From Blastocystis sp. Blastoise (lineage: Eukaryota > Protista > Bigyra: Opalinata): a stretch of DNA of 64,000 nt. The stretch is from assembly GCA_039096225.1 (NCBI GenBank), contig JBBPEB010000027.1, positions 806,001 through 870,000 on the forward strand, read 5' to 3'. A model generated the notes under the pieces. It did no database searches, had not been told where the DNA came from, and saw only the letters and a list, made by a program, of their open reading frames with translations. Each line of letters starts with the position of its first letter. Positions within the stretch are counted from its first letter, which is position 1. The translations under genes were made by a program, and so were the position numbers. Shown in pieces: positions 1-20,865 of the stretch.

Positions 1-411
1 GTAAACACCATGAATATTGTTGATAGTGAAAAAGTAATTTTTTTTTTAATAAATAATAGTTATTAAAATTCAATTATAGTTTTTTTTTTTAATTCTATAT
101 ATATATATATATATAGACTGTAGATTTTATAAAAGCTGGTATGGAATGTCCTGTTCCTAAACCTGGTGAGAAATTCAGTATAAAAGGATATAAATTTGAA
201 CGTCCAATGGATATGGATGCTCCTCTTATTGATGTATATATATATATTATTACTATTATTATTATAATATTTATTATGTTTATTATTATATTTATTATTA
301 TATTTATTATTATTACTAATATAAATATATATAGATTAAATTGGCACCTCTTGTGTCTAGATTTGATGTCAAAACATTAACTTTAATTTTATCTGCTTTA
401 ATGTGTGAAAA

Positions 412-453
<42 letters not shown>

Positions 454-534
454 ATTATTATTATAGGCGTATTATTTTTGTATCTAAGAGTCTTTCTGTA
501 TTATCTGAAACTATTCATGCTGCAGTCGCTTCTT

Positions 535-578
<44 letters not shown>

Positions 579-579
579 A

Positions 580-641
<62 letters not shown>

Positions 642-1178
642 GGAATCCCTTTATATGGCATCATGTCTTTGTTCCTATTCTCCCTGCTCCTATGTTAGAT
701 GTTGCTTCTGCTCCTATGCCATTCCTTATTGGTATCAAAGAAGGACAAAGAAAAGTTATTGCTAAATTACCTTGTGAACCTGTATATATAATATTTATTC
801 TAATTCATTATTATTATTATATATTTTTTTAAATATATTAGATATTTATTTATTAATATTAATAATATAATTATTATAATATATATAGACTGTATATGTT
901 AATATTGATGAAGGTACAATTGAAAATCCTGAAGAAGAACCTATTATTGATATATATACAAAGGCTAATGCTCCTACTGTTTCTATGTCCTCAGTAGGTA
1001 AAAATGTTGCTATGCTTGGTAAGAAGATGGGTTATGATATGACAGGATTAAAGAGTGCTATGTCCGCTCTCTCTAGAGTGGGTAATACCATTAAACAAAC
1101 TGTTACTGGTGTTGATCCTGTTGATTTCTTAGTTAGAGCTCTTAAGTATATTATTATTATTAAATATGTTATTAAATA

Positions 1179-1221
<43 letters not shown>

Positions 1222-1502
1222 GTTATGCTAAGGAAATTGCTGTGGGTCGTGCTGTTTTAGAAGAAAAGAGATTATTCTTTAGTTACCTCTCTTTCTTCTG
1301 TAGTATATTTGGTTGTTATAATGATTATATGGCTCCTTCTGCTGATGATGATAGACTTGGTGAAGATGAATTTAGTCGTGAAGATTATTTATATGAATTC
1401 TCTAAAGCTGTTAAAGGACCTCTTAATGATGTATTAAAAGAATTCCAACATTCTCAAATGTTTGAACGTTTTATTGATCCTCGTGTTGTTGTATATATTA
1501 TA

Positions 1503-1544
<42 letters not shown>

Positions 1545-1728
1545 GCATAATATGGAAGATAATCCTGAACATTTTAAGGGTAAAGAACCAGTAGTATTAC
1601 AAGAAGGATTATTTGAAAGAATTGCCGTTATGACTGAAGGCTCTTTCTCTCCTACTGTTGTTAAAGATGCTGTTAGACAATTGTAATTATATACTATTAT
1701 TATTATTTATTGTTTTTTATGTGTTTTA

Positions 1729-1768
<40 letters not shown>

Positions 1769-2116
1769 GAAATCCTCCTGAAAAAGAGAGTGCTTATCGT
1801 AATTTTGTGTTTGAATTAACTTCAAATACACCTGCTCGTTTAAGTATACCTAAAACATTTAGTAAATTAGCATTAGGTAGTTATGATAGTTTATTATGTA
1901 AAGATATAATGGAATCTTTATTTTGGAGATTAACTGATACTGATAGTAATAATTGGAAACATGGATTAAAAGCATTACAATTATTATCTTATTTACTTAT
2001 TAATGGTAGTTATAGAGTATTAGCAGATTGTTTACAGAACTTAGATTTATTAGAACGTCATTTCTTTTATGTTAATAAAACTATTGAACATAGCAGACAA
2101 GAACAAAGTATATTAT

Positions 2117-2190
<74 letters not shown>

Positions 2191-5046
2191 AATTTTCTGT
2201 ATATTATAATTAAATATATATATATAAATATATATAGTTCGTTTATATGCTCAAAGAGTATATCGTTTAATTGTTGAAAGAAGATGGTTTATAAAAGAAA
2301 GAGAAATTATTAATAATAAGAAGAGAGAAATTTCTAGAATCTTAAAACAAACTACTACTGAAGAAGATGTTATTACTTTACATAAATTAGATCTTGAAAA
2401 GGTATATATTATTATTTATATATTATTTATATATTATTATTTTGTTTTATTAATTAAAATATTTGTAATAATAATATTAAATAATAATAATATCTTATAT
2501 ATATATATATATAGGTTGCTTCTGTACCTTTTGGTTATTTACAATTATCAGTTCGTCCTTATGGTTATGTATTAGATAGTGATTCTACTACTAATTTTAT
2601 GAATGATGAACCTAAAGTAACATTATCTGTTCATGAATATAATTTAGAAGGTTATGATATAATGCAAGCTATGGATTTAATGTTAGATGAAGAGAATGAA
2701 GGTAATAATAATGAACAAGATGAAGGTATTACTCCTCATACTCCTATGTTTGCTGGTGAAACACCTGATGGGGATGATAATGATAAAGATGAATATGATT
2801 TAACTGGTAATAGAAAGAGTTTAAGAAGTTTAGCTGATAAATTCTCTTTTAAGAAATCTACTAAACATATTGAAGAAATACCTGAAGAAGAAGAAGAAGA
2901 AACTAAAGAACCTGCTGTTGCTGAACCTGTTGCTCCTGCTGCTGAAACTGAAGAAAAACCAAAGAAGAAAGTTGTTAAGAAGGTTGTAAAGAAGGTAGTC
3001 AAAAAAGTTGAAGAGAATAATGATTTATTAGGTTTAGATACAAATTCTGAATCTGTTTCTGAAGAAAAGAAAGAAACAGAATCTACTCCTGTTGCTACAA
3101 CTGAAGGTGAAGAAAAACCTAAAAAGAAGATAGTTAAGAAGGTTGTAAAGAAGGTAGTCAAGAAGGTACCTAAGAAGGAAGATGAAGCTGCTCCTGCTAC
3201 TGCTACTACTAATGATAATGATTTATTAGGAATGGATACTACAACTGAGTCTACTTCTGCTGCTCCTATTACTAGTACTGAAGAAAAACCTCAAGAAGAA
3301 TCTGTACCTGCTATAGGTGCTGAAGATGATATCTTTGGTATTGGCTCTACTTCTGAATCTACTACTACTCCTGCTGTTGCTACAACTGAAAGTGAAGAAA
3401 AACCTAAAAAGAAGATAGTTAAGAAGGTTGTAAAGAAGGTAGTGAAAAAGGTAGCTAAGAAGGAAGATGAAGCTACTCCTGCTACTACTACTACTACTAA
3501 TGATAATGCTGTTGAAGATGATCTTTTAGGTATGGGTCCTTCTACTGAAGAAAAACCTAAAGAAGAACCTATTTCTGAAACTGCTCCTGCTCCTGTTGCT
3601 GCAGAAGATGATTTCCTTGGAATGGGTGCTTCTGAACCTACTTCTGCTCCTGCCGCTGAAACTGAAGAGAAACCTAAGAAGAAGATAGTTAAGAAGGTAG
3701 TCAAGAAGGTCGTTAAGAAGGCTGCTTCTCCTAAGGTTGCTGAAGAAGCTGCTCCTGCTCCTGTTGCTGAAGAAGATGATTTCCTTGGAATGGGTGCTTC
3801 TGAACCTGTTGCTCCTGCTCCTGCTACTACTGAAGAACCAGCTGCTAATGCTGTTCCTGTTTCTGAAGATGATTTCCTTGGAATGGGTGCTTCTACTGAA
3901 CCTGTTGAAACTGCTGAAACTGAAGAAAAACCTAAAAAGAAGATAGTTAAGAAGGTTGTAAAGAAGGTCGTTAAGAAGGCTGCTTCTCCTAAAGTAGAAG
4001 AAGCTGAGGATGATTTCCTTGGAATGGGTGCTTCTGAACCTACTACTGCTACTGCTCCTGTTACTGAAGAGCCTGCTGTTACTGTTGCCCCTGCTAATGA
4101 TGATGATATCTTTGGTATGGGTACTTCTGAACCTGTTGCTCCTGTTGCTGAAACTGAAGAGAAACCTAAGAAGAAGATAGTTAAGAAGATAGTCAAGAAG
4201 GTAGTCAAGAAGGCTGCTTCTCCTAAGGCTGCTGAAGAAGATGATTTCCTTGGAATGGGTGCTTCTGAACCTACTACTGCTCCTGTTACTGAAGAACCTG
4301 CTGCTCCTGCTAATGATGATGATATCTTTGGTATGGGTGCTTCTACTGAACCTACTTCTGTTCCTACTGCTCCTGCTAATGATGATGATATCTTTGGTAT
4401 GGGTGCTTCTACTGAAACTGCTCCTGTTGCTGAAACTGAAGAGAAACCAAAGAAGAAGGTTGTAAAGAAAGTAGTTAAGAAGGTAGTCAAGAAGGCTGCT
4501 TCTCCTAAGGCTGCTGAAGAAGATGATTTCCTTGGTATGGGTGCTTCTACTGAACCTGCTGCTCCTGCTCCTGTAGCTGAAGAAGATGATTTCCTTGGAA
4601 TGGGTGCTTCTGAACCTGTTGCTGAAGAAACTGAAGAAAAGCCTAAAAAGAAGGTTGTAAAGAAGGTAGTCAAGAAGGTAGTTAAGAAGGCTGCTGCTCC
4701 TGTTGCTGAAGAAGATGATTTCCTTGGAATGGGTGTTTCTAGTGAACCTGTTGCTCCTGCTCCTGTAGCTGAAGAAGAAGAAGAAGAAAAACCTAAGAAG
4801 AAGGTAGTTAAGAAGGTCGTAAAGAAGACTGCTTCTCCTAAGGCTGCTGAAGAAGATGATTTCCTTGGAATGGGTGTTTCAAGTGAACCTGTTGCTGAAG
4901 AAACTGAAGAGAAACCTAAGAAGAAGGTTGTAAAGAAGGTAGTTAAGAAGGTCGTTAAGAAGGCTGCTAAGAAAGAAGAAGAAGCTGATGAAGATTTAAT
5001 GTTTGGTGAAAAAGAACAATCTCTTGAAGATTTCTTAGGAATGTAA
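1..5046 (+). CDS. DENN-domain (Rab GEF) protein with an internal ENTH domain and a long repeat tail; 5'-partial, multi-exon
   Basis: Spliced exons give DENN core motifs (LSALMCEKRIIFVS...NPFIWHHVFVPILPAPMLDVASAPMPFLIG) and a dDENN-like EFQHSQMFERFI. An ENTH-like segment follows (ELTSN...IMESLFWRLTD..NWKHGLKALQLLSYLLINGS). The last exon (~2515-5046) ends at TAA. Confidence 0.85.
2950..5043 (+). repeat. Coding tandem repeats: EEKPKKKVVKKVVKKVVKK alternating with (E/D)DD(F/I/L)(L/F)GMG modules
   Basis: About 10 basic KKVV blocks and about 20 acidic DFLGM/DIFGM/DLLG blocks are visible in ORF 2599-5046. Confidence 0.95.
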
Positions 5047-5906
5047 ACATATTTATAATAAGAATTATATATTGTTGTATTCTATTTATATATTTTTTAG
5101 TTCTTTTGTTTTAATTACATATTGTTTTCTTATCATTTTTCATCGCTAGTTATATAGTATTTATTTATTAATATGATAATACTTGTTAGATTAAATGAAT
5201 AGCTTACCCATAATAGTAGTTGTTTGGTTGTGAATATTTTTATAATATGTATACTAATTATGAAAAAAGTAATTTTATTATTAACAAGAGTTTATTTTAA
5301 ATATAATCTCAAAATTAGTGAATATGTATTTATAACAAAACTATATATATTTATTAAGAAAAAAAACAGATATATAGAGTATTATAAAAATAAGAATGAA
5401 TGAGAATTATTCAATTAGTATAAAGAACACAATGGGAATGGAATATACATAATTGTCATAAACTTGGAAAAAAATCTCAAAAAGAATTATAAACAATAAT
5501 TATAATTTTAAAAAAAGGATATATATATATAATATATTTATAATAAAAAAGAAAACAATAATTGTTCAATAAAATTTCAAAAACAGAAAATATATATATA
5601 TAACGATATAAGTGTCATAATAAATATATAATTTTATATATATATATATCTAATATTAAAATAAATAATTATTCTTCAAAATTCATTTACATATAATTTT
5701 TATAAATAAAAAAAAGTATACTAATAATAATAATGAATATAATGAAATATATATAAATTATGAGAAGAATATATGATTTATAATTTATATATATAAAAAG
5801 TATAACAAAATAAAAATATATGTAATGAAAACGTATGTATATATTATATAGAAAAAAGAATTATATATGTATGTATATATAAATATAAATATATATATTA
5901 TATAGT

Positions 5907-11968
<6,062 letters not shown>

Positions 11969-12456
11969 TTTTCTCTTTTATTGATCACTACTTTTTGTTT
12001 AAATAGAATATAAATATTCCTTTTAAAATAGCTTTAAAATGATGAATAAAAGAACTAATTTTTTTTATCATCTATTTCGGAGAGTTTATACTGATTCCCA
12101 TAGAAATTCATTGTTTCATGGAAATCTAACAGAAACGTCTTTCTTTCTTGTGATTTTCATGTTTATTTTCTGAATGAAAACAAAATCGTAATATTTATAA
12201 AATGACTAAAAACAAAACGATAAAGAAGATTTGCAAAGAAATATAAGCTGTCAAAGCAATAATCAAGTGAAATAAATATATTGGAAATCAAAAATCAGAA
12301 ATAATTGTGGTTTTATGTAGAAAATTGTATGAAACAACCCCAAATAAATGTTTTTTTTAATAAATAATTTGTTTTATTTGCCAATGAAAAGTAATCATAC
12401 AGAATATGATGAAGATACTGAGTAAGTATGTTTGAAACACGAAATTTGAAATCTTT

Positions 12457-13892
12457 TTAGACGCTAAGTCCAATGATTTCTTTAGCTTTTTGAGTGACGA
12501 GCATTGTTGACGTTACTGCTTGAATTCCGCCACATCCTTTAGTTCGTTCCTGTTTAGTGCAAGGGCTTCTGTTTTTAAATTTATCTAAATAATATGAAAA
12601 TGGTTGACAATGAAGTTGTTCCTTTAAATGAAGACGATCTATATAAAAAAAATGAACATTTAATTATTTATTAACATGAAAAAGAAGAAGAGAATAATCA
12701 TAGAATAAATATTTACCAGTAATATTACCATAATTATATAAGGGTTCTCCTTCTTTATTTAATGGAATATTAGCTTCTTTATAGAAAGTCCTTATATAAG
12801 GTTCTCCCAACCATACTTTTGCTACACGAATATAATTTCTTTGTATATCTTTTGTATTCACCTAGGAAATAGTATAGAAATAGATATATGTTGTTATGAT
12901 TATTATGTTTATTATGTAGATTATAGTATTATATATTAAAATAATAATAATCTACATTATAATAATAAATAGTACATACAGGATAAGGAAAAGAACTTCT
13001 AAAAAGATGAGCAACATAACTATCTTTCGCTACCATAATACGACCTCCACATAACCAAGTTCTATATATATATATTATTATTATTATTATTATTATGTTC
13101 ACTATTATTATTATTATGTTCATTATTATTATTATTATGTTCATTATTATTATTATTATGTTCATTATTATTATCATTATGTTCATTATTATTATCATTA
13201 AAAAAAAAGAAAAAGAAAGAAAATAATATATATATATATATATATACCTTAAAGATATATCTACATTTTCTCCTCCCCACCTTACTAGTCCTTCGTCCAT
13301 CATCCCTTGGGACCACCAATATTTAGTTATGGCAAACATACCTATATATATTATTATTATTATTATTCTAAGTTTTTATATATACATAAATTATAACATA
13401 TAGAATAATATTTAACAATATTGTATATATGAAAAATAATAACGAATAATAAAATAAACTATAAAAATAATTAAATATATATAATAATACATAATAAATA
13501 TAATAATAATGATTATTATTATATATACCCATAGTAATGGGTGACTCTAAAGAATTCTCACTCCCTCCACCCCAAAACTGATGTAAATCCCATGTAATCC
13601 CCGCGGAACTATACATATATATATATATACATAATTAATTATACACATATATAGTTCATTATATATATAATACACTATATTTATATATATAATGAATTAT
13701 ATATATAATTATTCTATATATATATATATACATAATTAATTATACACATATATAATTCATTATATATATATAACATTATATACCTTCCGAATCCTCCAGA
13801 AAGAGCTTTTGATGAGAATGTTTTATCATCTAAAATAAAATTTATAAAGTTAACTACAGTTCTATTGTTCTATACATATATACATATATATA

Positions 13893-13928
<36 letters not shown>

Positions 13929-14324
13929 TATTATTATTATTATTATTATTCTTATTATTATTATTATTATTATTATTATTTTGTTACAAAAATTAGTATA
14001 GTTTCATATTTTAAATATACACAGAATAATATATATATAATAAAAGTAAAACAATAAACTAATAGTAATGAATCACCATGAACATAACATTTATACTAAG
14101 AAATCACATATATATATATATATATATATATACTTCATTTAATAATGCTGAAGGTGTTTTCAGCCAATATTTAGACACATGTACATGAGCATCTATAAAC
14201 GCTAAATATTTCCCAACAGCTAAATTCCCTCCCCAAATACGCGCTTTAATTAAACCTAAATTCTTAGCTATATATATATATATAGAATAACTATTAATAA
14301 TTATTATAAAACAAATATTAATTG

Positions 14325-14371
<47 letters not shown>

Positions 14372-14890
14372 ATTAAATATTAGATATACTAGGTCTAAAA
14401 ACACGTATAAGAGAACTTAAATTTGGAGGAATTGATACAGGAACAGTTGAACAATCATCAATAATAATAATCTATAGATATTGCTATTCATACTCTTATA
14501 CATAATGTATATACTTCTTGAAGATATCCTGGATCAGTATTATCAAGAACAGATTGAACTCTATATGTTTATTATAAAATAAATGCACATAAAACAAATA
14601 CAAAACAGAAATTCATAATATTATTTTTTATAATCTTACGTTTTATATAGAAGAGCCTCATTGAATGTAACGATAATAATAGAGAATCGATCAGTGTTTG
14701 ATGAGTTCAAACTAGATATTCCTTGTCGAATTCGTAAATTAGGAACATAATTATCTCCTATCTTACGCACCTATGGATATAATATAAATTATAAACCTAT
14801 TTTAATGAGAGAGTTTACTGAGAACATGGAAATAAACACAACAATCGAGACTAATAATGTCAAAAGAAAGATTTTTCGAGAAAACGACAT
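12457..14890 (-). CDS. GALNT: Polypeptide N-acetylgalactosaminyltransferase (GT27-like), no ricin lectin domain
   Basis: Has an N-terminal TM anchor, SIIIVTFNE, EIIIIDDCS, GLIKARIWG, a DxH motif (FIDAHV), WGGENVDISLRTWLCGG, VAHLFR, RNYIRVAKVWL and RLHLKEQLHCQPFSYYL. All introns are GT-AG. Confidence 0.9.
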
Positions 14891-15809
14891 TTCTTTTATA
14901 CTGATATATGTGCCACAAAAAAGTATATCTATAAGAAAAGAACTTTTGTTTTATCAATGAAACAAAATAAAGGATTCAATGGAATCATTAAAAGAACGAA
15001 TAAATCACGGTTTCTATTTGCGTTCCACAAGAAATTTTTCTTTTCGTTCTTATGGATTCATTTATTACATACTACTCAAATCAAAAACATTTTTATTTGT
15101 TCATATTCGAAAAAATCAGTCTTTCTTATATCCTAAAACTCTTACTATTATGTAAAAAAACATTTTTTTACAACCACTTTTTCATATTCTGCTCATGTTT
15201 TAGTGTGATGGTAGCATAAGAAAAATCTCTATGAATAAATACTTCAATCACCCATATAATATAATGTAAGAATTGCAGAATGCAATAATACACTATTATT
15301 GTTTTATGAATCATTTTTATAATTATGTCTAATCATTTTCATTATGTTGAACTATATTTTAGAATTGTAATGACAGAACAAAAATAATAGTAATAAAATC
15401 TACTTTCCATAGACTCAAATAATCTCATCCTAGGATTCCATGAATATTGATAACATCTCTGAGTATGCATAGGTTGCATACCATATATATAATATGGCGT
15501 AAATCAAAAAAACGTTAAAAACTTTCAGTTATTCACATTCCCGTAAAAAATCATCTGTATTTATAAAATAGAAAAAAAAATAAAAATCAATTCAACTAAG
15601 ATGAATAAGCCAATCAAAATGCATAATTTCAAATAGTCCAATGAAATTCCGGAAATCATTATAAAAAACACCTTAAATGAAAGAAAATAAAAGCCAATAG
15701 GAATGTACGCTTTCATATTATAGAGAATAAAAAGTTCATATTTAATTTTCTTGAGTAAAGAAGTTATTGTAGACTTTATCACCTCAGGGGTTTATTAATA
15801 AATATAAAA

Positions 15810-17150
15810 ATGCGTGAAATTATTTCTCTTCATATTGGTCAAGCTGGTATTCAAGTAGGTAATGCTTGTTGGGAATTATATTGCCTTGAACATGGTATTG
15901 ATAACGAAGGTCATCTTTTAAATCCTGGTTCTGAAACTGAAAATCTTAACACTATGTTTTCTGAAGCTGGTTCTGGTAAACGTGTTCCTCGTGCCGTTTA
16001 CGTCGATTTAGAACCTACCGTTGTTGATGAAGTTCGTACTGGTAAATACAAGAATATGTATCATCCTGAACAACTCATTACTGGTAAGGAAGATGCCGCT
16101 AACAATTATGCTCGTGGTCATTACACTGTTGGTAAGGAAATTGTTGATTTAGTTCTTGATAAGATTCGTAAGGCTACTGATGCTTGTAATTCTCTTCAAG
16201 GATTCCTTATTTTCAACTCTGTTGGTGGAGGTACTGGTTCTGGTTTAGGTTCTCTTCTTCTTGAAAGACTTTCTGTTGATTATGGTAAGAAGTCTAAGCT
16301 TGCTTTCACTGTTTATCCTTCTCCTCAATTAGCTACTTCTGTTGTTGAACCTTACAACAGTGTTTTCGCTACTCATTCTCTTCTTGAACATACTGATGTT
16401 TGTGTTGTTCTTGATAATGAAGCTATTTATGATATTTGTCGTAATAATCTTGGAATTGAAAGACCTTCTTACACTAATCTTAATAGACTTATTGCTCAAG
16501 TTATTTCTTCCATGACTGCTTCTCTTCGTTTTGATGGTACTCTTAATGTAGATATTAATGAATTCCAAACTAACCTTGTTCCTTATCCTCGTATTCACTT
16601 TATGCTTTCTTCTTATGCTCCTGTTATTACTGCTCAAAAGGCTGCTCTTGAAAACATGTCTGTTGCTGAAATTACTAACGCTTGTTTTGATCCTGCTTCT
16701 ATGATGTGTAAATGTGATCCTCGTCATGGTAAATATATGGCTTGTTCTCTCTTATATAGAGGTGCTGTTCTTCCTAAGGATGTTACTAATGCTGTTTCTA
16801 ACATTAAGAATAAGAGAACTATTCAATTCGTTGATTGGTGTCCTACTGGTTTCAAGACTGGTATTAACTCTGAACCTCAAAGACAAGTTGAAGGTTCTGA
16901 AATGGGTAAAGTTCCTCGTGCTTGTTGTGTCCTTTCTAACAATACTGCTATTGCTGAAGTCTTTGGTAGAATTGATAAGAAGTTCGATCTTATGTATAAT
17001 AAACGTGCTTTCGTTCAATGGTATGTTGGTGAAGGTATGGAAGAAGGTGAATTCACTGAAGCTCGTGATGATTTAGCTGCTCTTGAAAAGGATTATGAAG
17101 AAGTTGGTGCTGAAGAAGACGAAGGTGAAGAAATGGGTGCTGAATATTAA
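15810..17150 (+). CDS. TUBA: Alpha-tubulin (intronless, divergent)
   Basis: [13 protein letters not shown], the GGGTGSG signature and a C-terminal acidic tail ending in EY. Confidence 0.99.
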   Translation: MREIISLHIGQAGIQVGNACWELYCLEHGIDNEGHLLNPGSETENLNTMFSEAGSGKRVPRAVYVDLEPTVVDEVRTGKYKNMYHPEQLITGKEDAANNYARGHYTVGKEIVDLVLDKIRKATDACNSLQGFLIFNSVGGGTGSGLGSLLLERLSVDYGKKSKLAFTVYPSPQLATSVVEPYNSVFATHSLLEHTDVCVVLDNEAIYDICRNNLGIERPSYTNLNRLIAQVISSMTASLRFDGTLNVDINEFQTNLVPYPRIHFMLSSYAPVITAQKAALENMSVAEITNACFDPASMMCKCDPRHGKYMACSLLYRGAVLPKDVTNAVSNIKNKRTIQFVDWCPTGFKTGINSEPQRQVEGSEMGKVPRACCVLSNNTAIAEVFGRIDKKFDLMYNKRAFVQWYVGEGMEEGEFTEARDDLAALEKDYEEVGAEEDEGEEMGAEY

Positions 17151-17340
17151 ACAATTCTATAACTCTAGTTTTCTAAACTATTTTTTTTTTAATAGTTAAA
17201 AAAATTATCTTCTTTGTTTTGTTTTATTATTATTATTATCATTATTTTTTAGTTTTTAATGTAACTAAACAATTCAATAAATAAGAGAGTAATGTAAAAT
17301 AATAAATAGATGAAATATTTTAAAGATTAACAGAAATATA

Positions 17341-18638
17341 TTATTTATTCTTGATCTTTTGCTTGTTTAGTAGCTTCTAATTCTTCAATTCGAACTTGTT
17401 CTAAAATAGGTATATCGGATAAATCATAGTTCTGCTCATAAGCTTTTTGTTTTATATGATCATTACATTTAGAATCAGTCATTAATATATTCAAACAATA
17501 AGCACATTTCTATAGATATAATTCTATATAGTATATAATATATATTACATACTTCATATAAATAAGCACCAATTTTTTGACGTTCTAATTCATAAATATC
17601 ATCGATAGTTAAACCTTCTTCTTTGTCTTCTTCAGATAATTGAACTTGTCCATTTAAAAAACGTTGTTCTAATTTATCATTCTATATATAAATAGTAATA
17701 TATATAATAATTTGTTAAATATATTTTATGATTTATAATAGTATATTATAGAATATATATATATTCGATATAATATATATTATTCATATATATACTTCTT
17801 TCTTATATTGAGCATATAACTCTAACATTCGATCTGTTTTCTCAAATCCTTTTTCCATAAACTTATTAATTATTCTTTTATAAGATATATCATTCTATAT
17901 ATATATATGTTAAATACACTTTTATTCTATATATATTTTTTAATTATTTTATTAGATATATATTTTTTTTTTATTATTTTATTATAATATATGCTATGTT
18001 TATAGAATTTTTATTTTATAAAATAATAATAATATAAATAGCAGTATACCTTATCATAAATAGAGAGCAAAGCATATATAATATTCACTAAAGATGACAT
18101 AAACTTTATTTTATCATCATCAGAAAATTCACGAAGAGGATGAGAATTATTCTATATATATATAGGGTAATATAATAATTCTTATCTTAACTAATAATAT
18201 ATACATATATTTATATAGAGTATTCTAATATTATGATATAATTAAATATATATATATATATATATATAATTAATATTCTAGTTGAATGATATTATTAAAT
18301 ATATATATATAAATTAGTATTCTAGTTGAATGATATAATGAACAATATATATATATATATATATACCTTTCCTAAGAAAGCAGGGAATAATGATTTAAGT
18401 CCATTTTTCTCCATAAAATCATCACAATTTTGTTTATTATTTTGAACAGAATAATCTATAGCCTATATAGTAATATATAGAAGAATATTTATATATAGAA
18501 ATAATAATAATAATAATAATTTGGTTAATAAAAAAGAAGAAGAAGAAGAAGAAGAATAAAGATAATAATAATAATTTGGTTAATAATAATAATTTGGTTA
18601 ATAATAATAATTTGGTTAATGATAATAGTAATAATAAT

Positions 18639-18682
<44 letters not shown>

Positions 18683-20865
18683 TTTGAAAGAAGGTACACG
18701 AGCATATTTGAACTTCGTGATTGGCATAAGGAATAGTTCCATCGCTTCATTCTCATGTAATAAGGATCGAATAGAATCATCTAACTATATATATATATAG
18801 AGAGAGAGAATAATAATAGTTAGAAATCAATATTATTTAACATAGAATATCAAATATAAATATATATAACCTAATAAACATATATATATATATATACTAA
18901 TAATTCACATAAAGTATTATAAACATTTTCACAGCATTCACATTCAGAAGCCGTTTGAGGATCTCGGTTTCTCCAGTACGCAACGGACTTTAACAGATCA
19001 TCCAAGGAATTCTATATATATATATATAAACAATTTTTTTATATACTAATTCTTATACATATATTCTATAAGTTATTCACAATTATATATATACAGGAAT
19101 AGATTTAAATTTCACAACACCATCTGTGTTCTGAATAAGAGTGAATAATAATTCAGCAGCGTATAATTTAATATCCGTGAATATTTTGACTTTTATACAG
19201 GATAATAAATAACTCATAATATTAGTTTTATTAATCACAGTAGAAACAGTTCTATATATATATATTATTATATATATTATTATTTGTATATATTATCAAT
19301 ATATATAAACAAAATAGATATATGTACTACTCAATATATATATGCTATATATTATATATTATATATATATAATAATACAAATCATTCTATATCATATATA
19401 TAAGCAATAAAAAAATAATATACAATATAAATAATACTATTCTATATATATATATATACTCTGTTTGGACTTCCATGATATTATCAATAATACTAAAGGA
19501 AGTATATATACCATCATCTTCATCATTAAGAGTGCTCATAGTAGTAATATCGGATGAAGCCAGTTTCCTGGTGTTTTCATCTAATCGCTTTATATTCTCA
19601 ATTACTATCTCTAATGCATTATATCTAATCTATATATATATATATAGATTAAGACTTATATTTGAATGTTATTTATAGAATAAGATTAATATTTGAATGC
19701 TATTTATATATAATAATAAGATTAATATTTGAATGTTATTTATAGAATAAGATTAATATTTGAATGCTATTTATATAATAAGATTAATATTTGAATGCTA
19801 TTTATATAATAAGATTAATATTTGAATGCTATTTATAGAATAAGATTAATATTTGAATGTTATATATATATATATAACATATTAGAGAGACTATACTAAA
19901 ATAACAACAATATTCATACATATATATGTTTTCTCTCTTATATACATAAATAGTATTACTTATAAATATAGATAAATAATGCTTATAATAATATATACCA
20001 TGTCTTCAAAGATACAATCTGTTTCTTCATATTCCATTGCGACTTCACTATCACTTAAATCATTTCTATATATATATTATATATATAATAACTATATTTA
20101 TAACAATATATATATATATAAATTACATATAATTATTATATATCATAAATATTAATAATAATTACTATAATCTATATAAATAGAGGATATACAATAATTT
20201 AAGAGCATCAATAGAAATAAGTATATTTTCATGAGCTACTAAACTAATTAATGTTTCCATAAATCCTAATTTTGACTAATAAAAAAATAGAGAAATAGAA
20301 TATTGTTTACATAATGATATAAAATATTTATATTATTAAAAAAAAAATAAAACTCTGAAACTTTATAAAATATATATAAATAAGCTTACAATAATAGGGT
20401 ATAATGTAGGAACAGTAGCAATGGCTGAACATTTCTGAATTTCATGATGTAATTCATATTCACTTTCTTCAAATCTAATTATATGTATGTTAAAATAGTG
20501 TTTCGATGTATAAATAAAAATACTTAATAGGATCATTTGGGTATTTTGAACGTAAATTATGATTTTGAGTTACTTTTCTTTCCAATTCTAATAGCAACTG
20601 CTTTAAACCACTTTGATCTAATGTTGGTTCCTAAACAAATAATGATTAGTAACTCACAGTCATATACATCGAAATTTGCAGCTTCATCAACCATCTTATC
20701 AATATCTTCTTTTGTTAAATGATCAAAATCTACTTCTTTCTCTTCTTCTTCCTCTTGTTCTTGGATTTTTTGTTTAGCAATGAAACCATCCTCATTATCA
20801 TAATCTCTTTTCAAACTAGAACTAGATGCACTAGGTGCAAAGATATCCTTGAATACACTATCCAT
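17341..20865 (-). CDS. CTNNBL1: Beta-catenin-like protein 1 (Prp19/CDC5L complex), multi-exon
   Basis: Spliced: LLLELERKVTQNHNLRSKYPNDPIKFEESEYELH...ATVPTLYP...LVAHENILISIDAL, plus WRNRDPQTASECECCENVYNTLC and GLKSLFPAFLGK. Confidence 0.88.
19657..19862. repeat. Intronic ~30-bp minisatellite, about 7 copies (ATATTTGAATG[C/T]TATTTATA..ATAAGATTA)
   Basis: Tandem copies are directly visible inside a CTNNBL1 intron. Confidence 0.9.

Noticed and set aside
3291-4673. 460-aa antisense ORF (and similar ones over tubulin, DnaJ and the surface protein)
   Set aside because: They are shadow frames caused by biased codon usage and repeats on the sense strand.
19657-19862. About 30-bp repeats resembling a CRISPR array
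   Set aside because: They have no unique spacers and no cas genes, and they lie in a spliceosomal intron, so this is a minisatellite.
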